Part shown: in pieces, positions 11,098 through 20,670 of the stretch
Layout of the letters: each line of letters opens with the position of its first letter
Numbering within the stretch: position 1 is the first letter of the stretch
From: Bacteroidota bacterium
GTDB lineage: Bacteria > Bacteroidota > Bacteroidia > Chitinophagales > Chitinophagaceae
NCBI GenBank assembly: GCA_031417635.1
Contig: JANOVY010000078.1
Span: 16,795-80,794, forward strand
Length of the DNA: 64,000 nt
Reading direction: 5' to 3'
Translations under genes and position numbers: made by a program
Notes under the pieces: generated by a model
Seen by the model: the letters and a program-made list of their open reading frames with translations, nothing else
The model's database searches: none
What the model was told of the DNA's origin: nothing

Positions 11098-11244
11098 AAG
11101 CAGCGAAGATATTGATTTTCTGCTGTTCCGTTTTCGTGTTTGACTCTATTACAGGCTTGCATAGGTTAATATTTCGCAAATTTTAATTGATTTTTTGGTT
11201 TCTTTTCTATTTCTGAAGGGTATTGGCGTATTATCTTCGCTGTA

Positions 11245-12171
11245 ATGAAGGCACGTATTTATAAATCTACCGGGTCCTGGTACGCTGCAAAAGGGGATGA
11301 TGGTGTGGTGTATAATGCCCGAATAAAAGGTATTTTTAAAATTGATGAAATTACCTCTACCAATCCTATTGCCGTAGGGGATTTTGTAGAGATGAACATT
11401 GAAGATATACAAGAAGAATCGGCAATGATACATGAAATATATGAACGCCATAATTATGTGGCCAGGGTCTCTCCGCATAATAGAAGACAGCATCACATTA
11501 TTGCATCCAATCTCGACCAGAGTATTTTGTTTGCAACTTTAAAAGAGCCCAAAACATCGCAAGGTTTTATGGATAGGTTTCTAATATCCTGTGAGTCCTA
11601 TCATATTCCGGCCATTATCGTTTTTAACAAGTCAGATATCTATCGTAAAAAAGAAGTAGAAAAATTTGCGCTGTTGAAAAAGATCTATGAAGCAGTTGGG
11701 TACAAAGTGGTGTTGGTTAGTGTGCAAAACAATGAGGGTGTTGAAGAAGTAAAATCGTTATTGCATAATAAAACAACCTTGCTTAGCGGACATAGCGGAG
11801 TGGGTAAATCAACGTTTATCAATGCCATATTTCCGAAGTTTAATTTGCGTACACAGGAAGTAAGCGGCTGGAGTGGAAAGGGATTACATACCACAACTTT
11901 TGCTGAAATGTTTGATATTGAATTAGGAGGTCAAATCATTGATACCCCCGGTTTAAGGGAGTTTGGGCTGGTAGATATTAAAAAGCAAGAACTCTCACAA
12001 TATTTTCCCGAAATGAGAAAATTAATCAATGATTGTCAGTTTAATAATTGTATGCATATTAATGAACCCGATTGTGCAGTTAAAAATGCGGTAAATGCCG
12101 GTACTATTTCAATAGATAGGTATGCCAGTTATATGACAATTTTGGATACGATGGAAGATTTGAATTATTAA
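11245..12171 (+). CDS. rsgA: Ribosome small subunit-dependent GTPase A
   Basis: OB fold, NKSD, GHSGVGKST, GLHTTT, DTPG, CQFNNCMHINEPDC zinc finger. Confidence 0.95.
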   Translation: MKARIYKSTGSWYAAKGDDGVVYNARIKGIFKIDEITSTNPIAVGDFVEMNIEDIQEESAMIHEIYERHNYVARVSPHNRRQHHIIASNLDQSILFATLKEPKTSQGFMDRFLISCESYHIPAIIVFNKSDIYRKKEVEKFALLKKIYEAVGYKVVLVSVQNNEGVEEVKSLLHNKTTLLSGHSGVGKSTFINAIFPKFNLRTQEVSGWSGKGLHTTTFAEMFDIELGGQIIDTPGLREFGLVDIKKQELSQYFPEMRKLINDCQFNNCMHINEPDCAVKNAVNAGTISIDRYASYMTILDTMEDLNY

Positions 12172-12191
12172 AGTTGCATATGAATATGATA

Positions 12192-12235
12192 ATTTCAACT
12201 TTCACCTTTCACTTCTCACTTCTCACTTCTCACAT
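12192..12235. repeat. 7-bp tandem repeat (CTTCTCA/CTTTCAC) overlapping the stop of the gamma-CA gene
   Basis: ttcaactttcacctttcacttctcacttctcacttctcac. Confidence 0.8.
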
Positions 12236-12755
12236 CATTATGATCGCTAAACCAAGACGCATATTTAATATAATTATTCGCTATTCTGTTAATCTCGCCA
12301 TGGATTAAGTCTTCTGACACATCTTTAACTTTTCTAGCCGGAATCCCTGCATAAATGGTTCCTGCTTCTACTACCGTACCTTCTAAAACTACGGCACCGG
12401 CAGCAATGATGGAATTTGGGTGAACTATGCACCTATCCATAATGATAGACCCCATCCCAATCAATACATCATCCATAATGGTACAACCATGCACAAGCGC
12501 ATTATGTCCTATTGATACATTGTTTCCAATAATAGTAGGATTTTTTTCAAAAGTGCAATGTATAATAGCACCATCCTGAATATTTACTTTATGACCCATT
12601 TTAATATAGTTTACATCACCTCTTATTACGGCATTAAACCAAATACTACATTCATCTCCCATGATTACATCGCCAACAATAGTGGCATTGGGCGCTACAA
12701 AACAATTTGCACCAAATTGTGGGTGTTTTCCAAGAACGGGTAGAATGGTAGCCAT
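12216..12755 (-). CDS. Gamma-carbonic anhydrase family hexapeptide-repeat protein
   Basis: VIRGDVN, NIQDGAIIH, IGHNALVHGC, hexapeptide repeats. Confidence 0.9.
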   Translation of the reverse strand: MATILPVLGKHPQFGANCFVAPNATIVGDVIMGDECSIWFNAVIRGDVNYIKMGHKVNIQDGAIIHCTFEKNPTIIGNNVSIGHNALVHGCTIMDDVLIGMGSIIMDRCIVHPNSIIAAGAVVLEGTVVEAGTIYAGIPARKVKDVSEDLIHGEINRIANNYIKYASWFSDHNDVRSEK

Positions 12756-12856
12756 GGGAGAAGTTGTTAGATTTATAGAATGAAGGTAACTTTAATAAAA
12801 GAAATTTACAATGATTGGGTATAAATATCAGGATAGCCCATTGTTTGCGTTTTTTT

Positions 12857-12940
12857 AAACACATAGGAGGAACATAGATTACGAATAGAAAACATATAAT
12901 CCTGCTATATGCCCTTTCTATTTTCCTATGACCCTATGTG
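12857..12940. repeat. 9-bp-periodic palindromic element (CACATAGG ... CCTATGTG), copy 1
   Basis: Inverted termini; similar copy at 47862-47937. Confidence 0.75.
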
Positions 12941-12960
12941 ATTCAAAAAACACCTTTTAG

Positions 12961-13097
12961 TTTCCGCAGGGTATCACCCTTATCCGACAATCCAATATTT
13001 TAAAAATTTACACCATACCCCTCCACAGAAAACGCGGTGTGCGAGGGTATAAGACAATAGTGTTGTTTTGTCATTTAAGGGTGGCGCGCTGCGGAAA
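12961..13097 (+). ncRNA. Candidate 6S-like structured RNA
   Basis: TTTCCGCAG/CTGCGGAAA, CACCCTTA/TAAGGGTG and GACAA/TTGTC stems, then an AU-rich central bubble and an apical ATACCC...GGGTAT hairpin; strand inferred only. Confidence 0.5.
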
Positions 13098-13167
13098 AAA
13101 AAACAGGCATTTACAAAGTTGTATAATGGGTAAAAATCCCAAATAAATGACCCCCAATCTACCCAAT

Positions 13168-13203
13168 TCAATAAAAAGGTTGCATAAACAACCTTTTTAT
13201 TGA
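13168..13203. promoter_or_regulatory. Perfect 15-bp inverted repeat upstream of fadA (terminator or operator)
   Basis: TCAATAAAAAGGTTG-cataaa-CAACCTTTTTATTGA followed by TTTTTT. Confidence 0.6.
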
Positions 13204-13211
13204 TTTTTTCT

Positions 13212-13219
13212 TACATTTG
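13212..13219 (+). promoter_or_regulatory. Bacteroidota sigma70 -7 element (TAnnTTTG) for fadA
   Basis: TACATTTG ending 21 nt before the ATG. Confidence 0.65.
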
Positions 13220-13240
13220 AGTTGCTAAAAAAAGTTTACC

Positions 13241-14416
13241 ATGCAGGAAGCATATATCGTTGCCGGTTACCGTACCGCCGTTACAAAAAGTAAAAAAGGC
13301 GGATTTCGCTTTTTTCGTTCAGACGACCTTGCGGTAGAAGTTATCAAAGGGCTCATGGCCAGTGTTCCACAATTGGAATCGAAAAGAGTAGATGATGTAA
13401 TTGTAGGAAATGCCGTACCCGAGGCTGAACAAGGATTACAATTTGGAAGGATTATTTCTGCCCGGGCATTGGGCATTGAAGTGGCCGGACTTACCATTAA
13501 TCGCTATTGTGCCAGTGGCTTGGAAAGCATTGCCATGGCCACAGCCAAAATTAGATCGGGCATGGCAGATTGTATTATTGCCGGCGGCACAGAAAGTATG
13601 AGTCTGGTTCCTACGGCGGGTTGGAAAACAGTACCCGCTTATTCAATAGCCAAAGACGAGCCCGATTTTTATTTACCCATGGGACTTACTGCAGAAGCAG
13701 TAGCAAAAGAATTCAATGTTAGCCGTGAAGACCAGGATTTGTTTGCTGTTAATTCACACAAAAAGGCAATGAATGCTATTCAGAATGGTTATTTTAAATC
13801 CGGAATTTTACCCATCACTGTAGAAGAAACCTATTTAGATGTAAAAGGTAAAAAAGCAGTTCGTTCTTTTGTGGTTGATACAGATGAAGGCGTTCGTGCA
13901 GATACTACCCTAGAAGCCTTGGGAAAATTAAAACCAGCTTTTGCCCTCGGGGGCTCTGTTACTGCCGGAAACTCTTCTCAAACAAGTGATGGTGCCGCTT
14001 TCGCGCTTGTAATGAGTGAAAGAATGGTGAAAGAATTGGGCTTACAACCCATTGGCCGTTTGGTAAATTGTGCTTCTGCGGGTGTGCATCCTCGCATCAT
14101 GGGCATTGGCCCGGTGGCAGCCATCCCCAAGGTATTAAAACAGGCCAATATGAGCTTGAATGATATTGATCTAATTGAATTGAATGAGGCTTTTGCGTCT
14201 CAAGCATTAGCCGTTACCAGAGAATTGGGGTTAAACCCGGATATTGTAAACATCAATGGTGGCGCCATAGCACTAGGCCATCCCTTAGGCTGTACAGGCT
14301 GTAAACTGACCGTTCAAGTATTAAACGACATGAAACGACTGAATAAAAAATACGCACTCGTTTCTGCATGCGTAGGAGGTGGTCAGGGCATTGCAGGTAT
14401 TATCGAAAATTTATAG
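13241..14416 (+). CDS. fadA: Acetyl-CoA C-acyltransferase (thiolase)
   Basis: INRYCASGL, NEAFA, GAIALGHPLG, CVGGGQG. Confidence 0.9.
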   Translation: MQEAYIVAGYRTAVTKSKKGGFRFFRSDDLAVEVIKGLMASVPQLESKRVDDVIVGNAVPEAEQGLQFGRIISARALGIEVAGLTINRYCASGLESIAMATAKIRSGMADCIIAGGTESMSLVPTAGWKTVPAYSIAKDEPDFYLPMGLTAEAVAKEFNVSREDQDLFAVNSHKKAMNAIQNGYFKSGILPITVEETYLDVKGKKAVRSFVVDTDEGVRADTTLEALGKLKPAFALGGSVTAGNSSQTSDGAAFALVMSERMVKELGLQPIGRLVNCASAGVHPRIMGIGPVAAIPKVLKQANMSLNDIDLIELNEAFASQALAVTRELGLNPDIVNINGGAIALGHPLGCTGCKLTVQVLNDMKRLNKKYALVSACVGGGQGIAGIIENL

Positions 14417-14437
14417 AAAATATTTACCCATTGTTAC

Positions 14438-14470
14438 AAAAATACTCCCCGGCTATGGGGAGTATTTTTT
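14438..14470 (+). terminator. Intrinsic terminator after fadA
   Basis: AAAAATACTCCCC-GGCTAT-GGGGAGTATTTTTT. Confidence 0.85.
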
Positions 14471-14596
14471 TATTGTTATCATTTTAAAAAATGGGTGCCC
14501 ATTAGTGGAAAATCTGTGAAATATGTATAGAATGCATGACGAAAATCATTGTTAAAACAAAGTATCCATAATAACTTCACAGGACAATCATACACC

Positions 14597-15439
14597 ATGA
14601 AAAACATTTTAGTCCCTACCGATTTCTCAACAACCGCTCAAAATGCAACCTTGTATGCTTTACAATTAGCCGCACAATTGGGTGCAGCAAAAATTGTGTT
14701 GTACAATTCTTATGAGATACCGGTTACAATAGATCCGATGGTTCCCGGCGTACAAATGCTCGACATTGAATCTATCAAGGAAGGCAGTGAAAAAAGTTTG
14801 GAAAATGAAAAACACAAACTCTCTGCGTTAAACAAATCAATTGAAATTGAAACAATCAGCGAGTACGGCGCACTCACTGCCGGCTTAGATTCCATTTGTG
14901 AAAAAGCAGGTGCCGATTTAATTGTGATGGGTATTACGGGTGGTGGCTTACTTACTGAAAAACTAATTGGCAGCAATACCATTTCAGTGGCTAAGCATAC
15001 AAAAATACCGGTCATCATTGTACCCACAGACGCGAAATATACAAAGGTTTCACAGGTGATGTTGTTGAGTGATTTTGATCATGCAGATGAAACGATTCCC
15101 ATTGTTCCCGTAAGAAAATTATTAAAAGAAACAAATGGAAAGCTTTTCGTTTTCAATTTGGAAGAAGTGCCGGATGAATATGGAGTGATGTATCCCTCCA
15201 ATATGATGGGTGAGAGTTACGCTATGCATACATTACTGAAAGACTTGAACCCTGAATATCATTTTTCTCATAAGAAAAATTATATTGAAGCCGTGAATGA
15301 ATTTGCACATGAAAATGCGATAGACCTAATAATTACCATCCCAAAAAAACATAGTTTCATAGAGAGCTTCTTCAAAAGTTCACATACAAAAATGTTGGCT
15401 TTTCATAGCCATGTTCCTTTGATGGTAGTGCATGGGTGA
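14597..15439 (+). CDS. Universal stress protein (tandem Usp domains)
   Basis: MKNILVPTDFS, DLIVMGITG, IGSNT, PVIIVP. Confidence 0.9.
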   Translation: MKNILVPTDFSTTAQNATLYALQLAAQLGAAKIVLYNSYEIPVTIDPMVPGVQMLDIESIKEGSEKSLENEKHKLSALNKSIEIETISEYGALTAGLDSICEKAGADLIVMGITGGGLLTEKLIGSNTISVAKHTKIPVIIVPTDAKYTKVSQVMLLSDFDHADETIPIVPVRKLLKETNGKLFVFNLEEVPDEYGVMYPSNMMGESYAMHTLLKDLNPEYHFSHKKNYIEAVNEFAHENAIDLIITIPKKHSFIESFFKSSHTKMLAFHSHVPLMVVHG

Positions 15440-15448
15440 GGGAGGGAG

Positions 15449-15643
15449 TTTGGAGTTTGGAGTTTGGAGTTTGGGGTTTGGGGTTTGGGGTTTGGGGTTT
15501 GGGGTTTGGGGTTTGGAGTTTGGAGTTTGGAGTTTGGAGTTTGGAGTTTGGGGTTTGGAGTTTGGGGTTTGGGGTTTGGAGTGATTTATGTCTTCTACTC
15601 CAGACTTATAACCCCAAACACCAAACTCCAAACCCCCAACTAA
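15449..15643. repeat. 19 x (TTTGGAG/TTTGGGG) tandem heptamers plus a shorter inverted arm
   Basis: Units counted over 15449-15581; inverted arm CTCCAGA..CCCCAAA..CTCCAAA at about 15596-15643; lies between convergent usp and nadE. Confidence 0.95.
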
Positions 15644-17322
15644 CTCAAGTACTTCCCCACTATCGGCACTCTTCTTCCTACGCCAAAGGCTTTTGGAGAG
15701 ATTCTGATGATGGGACAAAATTGATTTCGTTTGTATTCATTGGTATTCACCAATTTTATTGTTCGATCAACCAGCGCATGATCATATCCTTGTGATTTGA
15801 TCTCTTCCGGACCTAATCGTTTCTCAATGTATTGATAGAGAATTTGATCTAGAATAGCATAATCGGGCAAACTATCACTATCTTTTTGATTGGGCCTTAG
15901 TTCTGCACTGGGTGCTTTTGTAATGATATTTTGAGGAATGATTTCTTTGTTTCTATTTATGTGGTTAGCCAAAGCATATACTTGTAATTTGTAACAATCA
16001 CCCAAAACACCCAGGCCGCCGGCCATATCACCATACAAAGTGCCATAACCGGTTGCTAACTCACTCTTATTGGAAGTATTGAGCAATATGTATCCGAATT
16101 TGTTTGCGATTGCCATTAATACATTACCCCTACTCCTACTTTGAATATTCTCTTCCGCCAAAGAAAAAGGTAAGTCTTTAAAAACAGGAGAAAGTGTTTG
16201 TAAAAATGTTTGATAAATTTCATCAATCCGAATAATGTCATAAGGATTGTCAAGTGCTTTACTTAATTGAATTGCATCATTAATTGAATGATCGGTAGAA
16301 TAAGGAGATGGCATTAATACTGCATGCACATTTTCTTTTCCCAATGCATCACAAGCGATGGCAAGGGTTACGGCTGAGTCAATTCCTCCGGATGAACCCA
16401 GAATCGCTTTTGTAAAACCCATTTTACCAAAATAATCACGGATACCCAATAGTAAAGCATCATACACTTGTGAAATATTCAAGGTAGGCTCCAAGGTTGC
16501 CGGGTTGAGTTCTTTATCCGGAACCCTATTTGCCGGTTCAAGTATGGGATGCTGGATGGTGCCATCGGCTAACAATTCAACACCTTCCATGGCTTCCGTG
16601 AACATGGGAAATGATTTACATAAATTCGCATGTTTATCAAATATTAATGAAGCACCATCAAAAACAACTTCTGTTTGGCTGCCGACTGCATTACAATAAA
16701 ATAGCGGAAGCTTGTATTTTAACACATTCGCTTTGATAACCGATTTTCTGTCTTCATCATGCGTATAATCAAAAGGCGAAGCACTAATGTTCAGCATTAC
16801 ATCGGGCTTTTGTTCCATCAGTTTATCCATCGGGCAAATGCGATACAATGGATTATCACCAAGGTTCCAAATATCTTCACAAATGGTAATGGCTAAACGC
16901 TTGCCTTTAAAAGGTACTACCTGCCAATGAAAGGAAGGTTCAAAATATCGATACTCATCAAATACATCATAGGTAGGTAATAAGGTTTTATGAATTTCTG
17001 CTTTCACTTCTTTTTCATAAAGAAAGAAGGCTGCATTAAATAAACTTTTTCCTTTTTGACCAATGTTTCTGGCCGGGCTTCCCAACAATACGCCGATGGT
17101 ATCTGCATGTTCTTTAATGATATTGATCGACTCATAGCATTTGCTAATAAAATCATTGAATTCAACAAAATCTCTGGCCGGATAACCACAAATACTCATC
17201 TCGCTAAACATAATTAAATCAGCACCTTCCGATTTAGCTTGTTTGATGGCTAGAATAATCTTTTCTCGATTACTTTCGAAATTACCTATGTGATAGTTTT
17301 GTTGGGCTAAAAAAATCTTCAT
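15640..17322 (-). CDS. nadE: Glutamine-dependent NAD+ synthetase
   Basis: N-terminal CN-hydrolase (FSEMSICGY, HKTLLP, TICEDIW) plus SSGGIDS, EENIQSR, NKSELATGY. Confidence 0.95.
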   Translation of the reverse strand: MKIFLAQQNYHIGNFESNREKIILAIKQAKSEGADLIMFSEMSICGYPARDFVEFNDFISKCYESINIIKEHADTIGVLLGSPARNIGQKGKSLFNAAFFLYEKEVKAEIHKTLLPTYDVFDEYRYFEPSFHWQVVPFKGKRLAITICEDIWNLGDNPLYRICPMDKLMEQKPDVMLNISASPFDYTHDEDRKSVIKANVLKYKLPLFYCNAVGSQTEVVFDGASLIFDKHANLCKSFPMFTEAMEGVELLADGTIQHPILEPANRVPDKELNPATLEPTLNISQVYDALLLGIRDYFGKMGFTKAILGSSGGIDSAVTLAIACDALGKENVHAVLMPSPYSTDHSINDAIQLSKALDNPYDIIRIDEIYQTFLQTLSPVFKDLPFSLAEENIQSRSRGNVLMAIANKFGYILLNTSNKSELATGYGTLYGDMAGGLGVLGDCYKLQVYALANHINRNKEIIPQNIITKAPSAELRPNQKDSDSLPDYAILDQILYQYIEKRLGPEEIKSQGYDHALVDRTIKLVNTNEYKRNQFCPIIRISPKAFGVGRRVPIVGKYLS

Positions 17323-17463
17323 GAAGTGAAGTTCCGAATTATTTTGCTATTAACATGAATATACAGTCCTAACAACGCTAATTTCCGTTGAAAAATGAAT
17401 CCAGCCAACACATTCTTTAACAGACTCTTAATAATCGGATAATGGTAAATTGAAAGTTGCCGT

Positions 17464-17471
17464 TACTTTTG
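17464..17471 (+). promoter_or_regulatory. -7 promoter element for gldB
   Basis: TACTTTTG matches TAnnTTTG. Confidence 0.6.
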
Positions 17472-17484
17472 CAGGAATCGAATT

Positions 17485-18495
17485 ATGACTAAAATGAGGA
17501 ATGTTGTATTCATCTTTTGCCTACTTGTATTATTTGGGTGTAAAAGCAAAAAGGATATTCCGGATGTATCCGGCATATCTGTTACATTGAAAACTGAAAG
17601 ATTTGAGAAAGATTTTTTTTCAATGGACACTTTGCATCTGAACACTTCCCTCGCTAAATTAAACATTTTACATACAGGATTTACACAAGATTTCTTATTT
17701 AATATTCTAGGAACAACAACCGATAGCGCCCTAAAAAATATTCCTCAATTTATTTCGAGTTATCGTGATTTAAATGCTACGGCCGAAGAAAAGTTCACTA
17801 ATCTTGAACCCATTGAAAAAGAATTAAAACGAAGTTTTCAATTTGTACGCTATTACTTTCCAAAGTACCGATTACCAGAAAAATTGATCACATTCATAGG
17901 GCCCATCAATAGTTATGGAAGTATCATAACGCCAAATGCATTGGCCGTGGGGTTACAGTTGTACATGGGCAAAGACTATCCCCTCTATTTAAGTGAACAA
18001 GGCCAACAAATGTATCCATTGTACATGTCAAGAAAGTTTGAACCTGCTTATATTCCGGTCAATGGAATAAAAAATATAATTGATGATATGTACCCAAACA
18101 ATCTAAATGGAAAACCATTGGTTGAACAAATGATCGAGTCGGGTAAAAGAATGTATGTATTGGATAAATTAATGCCTGAAACACCGGATAGTATTAAAAC
18201 CGGGTACACACAAAAACAATTGGAGGGATGTATAGCCAGTGAGAAAAATATTTGGGTATTCTTTGTTCAGAATGATATGCTTTTTAATACCGACCCCAAT
18301 TTAACCCGCGATTACATGAGTGAAGGGCCCAGTACACCTGCATTAGGCGAAGCTTCTCCCGGTAATATTGGTCAGTTTGTTGGATGGCAAATGATAAAAA
18401 AATGGATGGATAAAAATCCAAAGACTTCATTAGATGACTTGATGAAAAAAAGCGCAAAAGAAATTTTCAATGAAGCAAAGTATAAGCCTGGGTAG
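17485..18495 (+). CDS. gldB: Gliding motility lipoprotein GldB
   Basis: Lipobox LFGC; RFEKDFF; GLQLYMG; SPGNIGQFVGWQMIKKWM; YKP end; divergent from nadE. Confidence 0.8.
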   Translation: MTKMRNVVFIFCLLVLFGCKSKKDIPDVSGISVTLKTERFEKDFFSMDTLHLNTSLAKLNILHTGFTQDFLFNILGTTTDSALKNIPQFISSYRDLNATAEEKFTNLEPIEKELKRSFQFVRYYFPKYRLPEKLITFIGPINSYGSIITPNALAVGLQLYMGKDYPLYLSEQGQQMYPLYMSRKFEPAYIPVNGIKNIIDDMYPNNLNGKPLVEQMIESGKRMYVLDKLMPETPDSIKTGYTQKQLEGCIASEKNIWVFFVQNDMLFNTDPNLTRDYMSEGPSTPALGEASPGNIGQFVGWQMIKKWMDKNPKTSLDDLMKKSAKEIFNEAKYKPG

Positions 18496-18502
18496 GGGGG
18501 AA

Positions 18503-18562
18503 GGTTTGGGGTTTGGGGTTTGGAGTTAGAAGTCTGGAGTTAGAAGTCTGGAGTTAGAAGTT
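18503..18562. repeat. Heptamer/14-mer repeat (TTTGGGG, TCTGGAG-TTAGAAG) between convergent gldB and apaG
   Basis: Read directly; same units as 15449 and 31332. Confidence 0.85.
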
Positions 18563-18572
18563 GAAAGCCGGA

Positions 18573-18959
18573 TTAATTCATTTTTGAGGGTACTATCATA
18601 TCAAAAGAAGGGATGTTTACGGAAAACAGTTGTTTGCTATTTTCATTTTCCATTTGATAGGTTCCATGCATTTTACCCATTTCTGTTCGAAGATTACAGC
18701 CACTCACATATTGATAATTTTCGCCGGGTTTTAAAATGGGTTGAATGCCAACAACACCTTCTCCTTCTACTTCTCTATGTTCTCCGTTACTATCGAAAAT
18801 AAACCATTGTCTGCGAAGAAGTTTGATGGTAAAATTATTATGGTTCTCTATGTTGATACGATAGGCAAACATGTACTCTCCATTCATAGGATTGCTATAG
18901 TCGGCCTGGTAAAAGGTCTCTACACTGATCTCAACCCCTTCTGAAATTTTGGATACCAT
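18573..18959 (-). CDS. apaG: ApaG (Co2+/Mg2+ efflux-associated)
   Basis: YMFAYRINIEN, LLRRQWFI, VEGEGVVG, YVSGC, GKMHGTY. Confidence 0.92.
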   Translation of the reverse strand: MVSKISEGVEISVETFYQADYSNPMNGEYMFAYRINIENHNNFTIKLLRRQWFIFDSNGEHREVEGEGVVGIQPILKPGENYQYVSGCNLRTEMGKMHGTYQMENENSKQLFSVNIPSFDMIVPSKMN

Positions 18960-19125
18960 GTTACGGATGAGTTACTTTATGTAAAAATAGGGAATTGGGA
19001 AATAGAAACTATGTGAAAAATAGACCATGTTCCATAGTCAATGGTCTATGGACTAATTAACCCATTGATTTAACACGGTTGTGTTGCTACAGTGCTTAAT
19101 TTTGCAGCTCAGAAAACGATATTAT

Positions 19126-20580
19126 ATGACAAAAATTGCTGTAGCAAAGGGAGATGGAATTGGTCCTGAAATAATGGACGCTGTTTTGGGTATATTTGAT
19201 GCCGCAAAAGTTCCTTTAGAATATCAAGTGGTAGAGATGGGTAAATGGGTGTTCGACAAGGGCTACAGCAACGGGATGACACCTGAAGCACAAGAAACAA
19301 TTGAGTCATTGGGCATTCTATTCAAAGGCCCCATGGAAACGCCCAAGGGTAAAGGGGTTAAGAGTGTGAATGTAACCGCACGTAAAACCTGGAATACTTA
19401 TGCAAATAAGCGAACTTTTCAAACATTACATGGGGTTGATACCGTTTTTAGTAAAGCGGGCATACCGATAGACATCACCATTGTTCGTGAAAATATTGAA
19501 GATACTTATGGAGGAATTGAGCATATGCTTACTCATGATGTTGCTTTGGGAAGAAGGTTTATTACTCGTCCGGGTAGCATGCAGGTTATCAAATATGCAT
19601 TTGAAATGGCCAAGAAAAAGGGGGCACGCCGCATCACTTGTGGTCACAAGTCGAACATCATGAAGATCACAGATGGCCTTTTTTTAGAAGTATTTTATGA
19701 AGTAGCCAAAGAATACCCTGAGTTAAAATCAGATGATGTAATTGTAGATGATCTTTGTATGAAATTGGTTTCAAGGCCCGACCTTTTTGATGTAGTTGTG
19801 ATGACCAATCTACAAGGTGATATAGTGAGCGATCTATGTGCAGGCTTGGTGGGCGGTTTAGGCTTTGCACCTTCTGCCAATATTGGAGATCATATTTCAA
19901 TTTTCGAAGCCGTACATGGTACAGCGCCGGATATAACAGGTAAAAATATTGCCAATCCAACTGCATTATTATTAAGTGGGTTTGGTATGTTACGACATTT
20001 AGGTCTGATGGAAACTAGCGCAATGATAGAGAACGCGCTTTTATATACTTTGGAGAGCGGTGTTCATACCGGAGATTTTGGCGACAAATCTGTTAAGGCA
20101 CTCAGTACCACAGAGTTTGCATCAGCTATTATTGGAAATTTTGGCAAACAGCCAGTACATCAACCAAAACCAGCTATTGCCAACCATTATGTTACGCCCA
20201 CTCATTTTATGCTTGAGAAGAATCCCATGTTGGAAAGTATTGAAATGGGACAAGAAGAAATTGTAGGAGTGGACATGTTCATTGAAAGCAACGAACAACC
20301 CACTGTTATAGCAGAAAAAGCGCTTAAACACACATTAGACATATTTAAATTGGTAACCATCAGCAATCGTGGAACGCAAGTGTGGCCAAAGGGTTCGGTA
20401 TTTACCAACTTGGTGAACCAATACCGCTTACGTTTTGAAAGCATTGGTGATATTCCGGTCACTCAAACAGATGTGCTGGAATTATATAAACGATTGATGC
20501 AGGATTATAAGATTTGTTCCACAGAACTATTGAATATGTGGGATGGTAAAAAAGCCTATAGTCTAGCCCAGGGGCAGTAA
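19126..20580 (+). CDS. icd: NADP-dependent isocitrate dehydrogenase with C-terminal extension
   Basis: AKGDGIGPEI, RENIED, HKSNIMK, NLQGDIVSD, FEAVHGTAPDI; start moved to MTKIAV. Confidence 0.88.
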   Translation: MTKIAVAKGDGIGPEIMDAVLGIFDAAKVPLEYQVVEMGKWVFDKGYSNGMTPEAQETIESLGILFKGPMETPKGKGVKSVNVTARKTWNTYANKRTFQTLHGVDTVFSKAGIPIDITIVRENIEDTYGGIEHMLTHDVALGRRFITRPGSMQVIKYAFEMAKKKGARRITCGHKSNIMKITDGLFLEVFYEVAKEYPELKSDDVIVDDLCMKLVSRPDLFDVVVMTNLQGDIVSDLCAGLVGGLGFAPSANIGDHISIFEAVHGTAPDITGKNIANPTALLLSGFGMLRHLGLMETSAMIENALLYTLESGVHTGDFGDKSVKALSTTEFASAIIGNFGKQPVHQPKPAIANHYVTPTHFMLEKNPMLESIEMGQEEIVGVDMFIESNEQPTVIAEKALKHTLDIFKLVTISNRGTQVWPKGSVFTNLVNQYRLRFESIGDIPVTQTDVLELYKRLMQDYKICSTELLNMWDGKKAYSLAQGQ

Positions 20581-20670
20581 TTTTTTATATATTGTGATGA
20601 TTTTGTCGGAAGAGAAACTCTTTCTGATTTTTAACGTATTTTCACGGCTCATTTAAAGAGAAATCGAACC

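Noticed and set aside
12980-13171. 63-aa ORF on the minus strand
   Set aside because: No recognisable motif; it overlaps a strongly base-paired region better explained as RNA
15449-15581. CRISPR array
   Set aside because: Contiguous 7-bp units with no spacers and no cas genes
15380-15795. ORFs of 112 and 119 aa over the heptamer tract
   Set aside because: Translations of a stop-free tandem repeat (PQTPNSK/GVWGLGF) overlapping the ends of real genes
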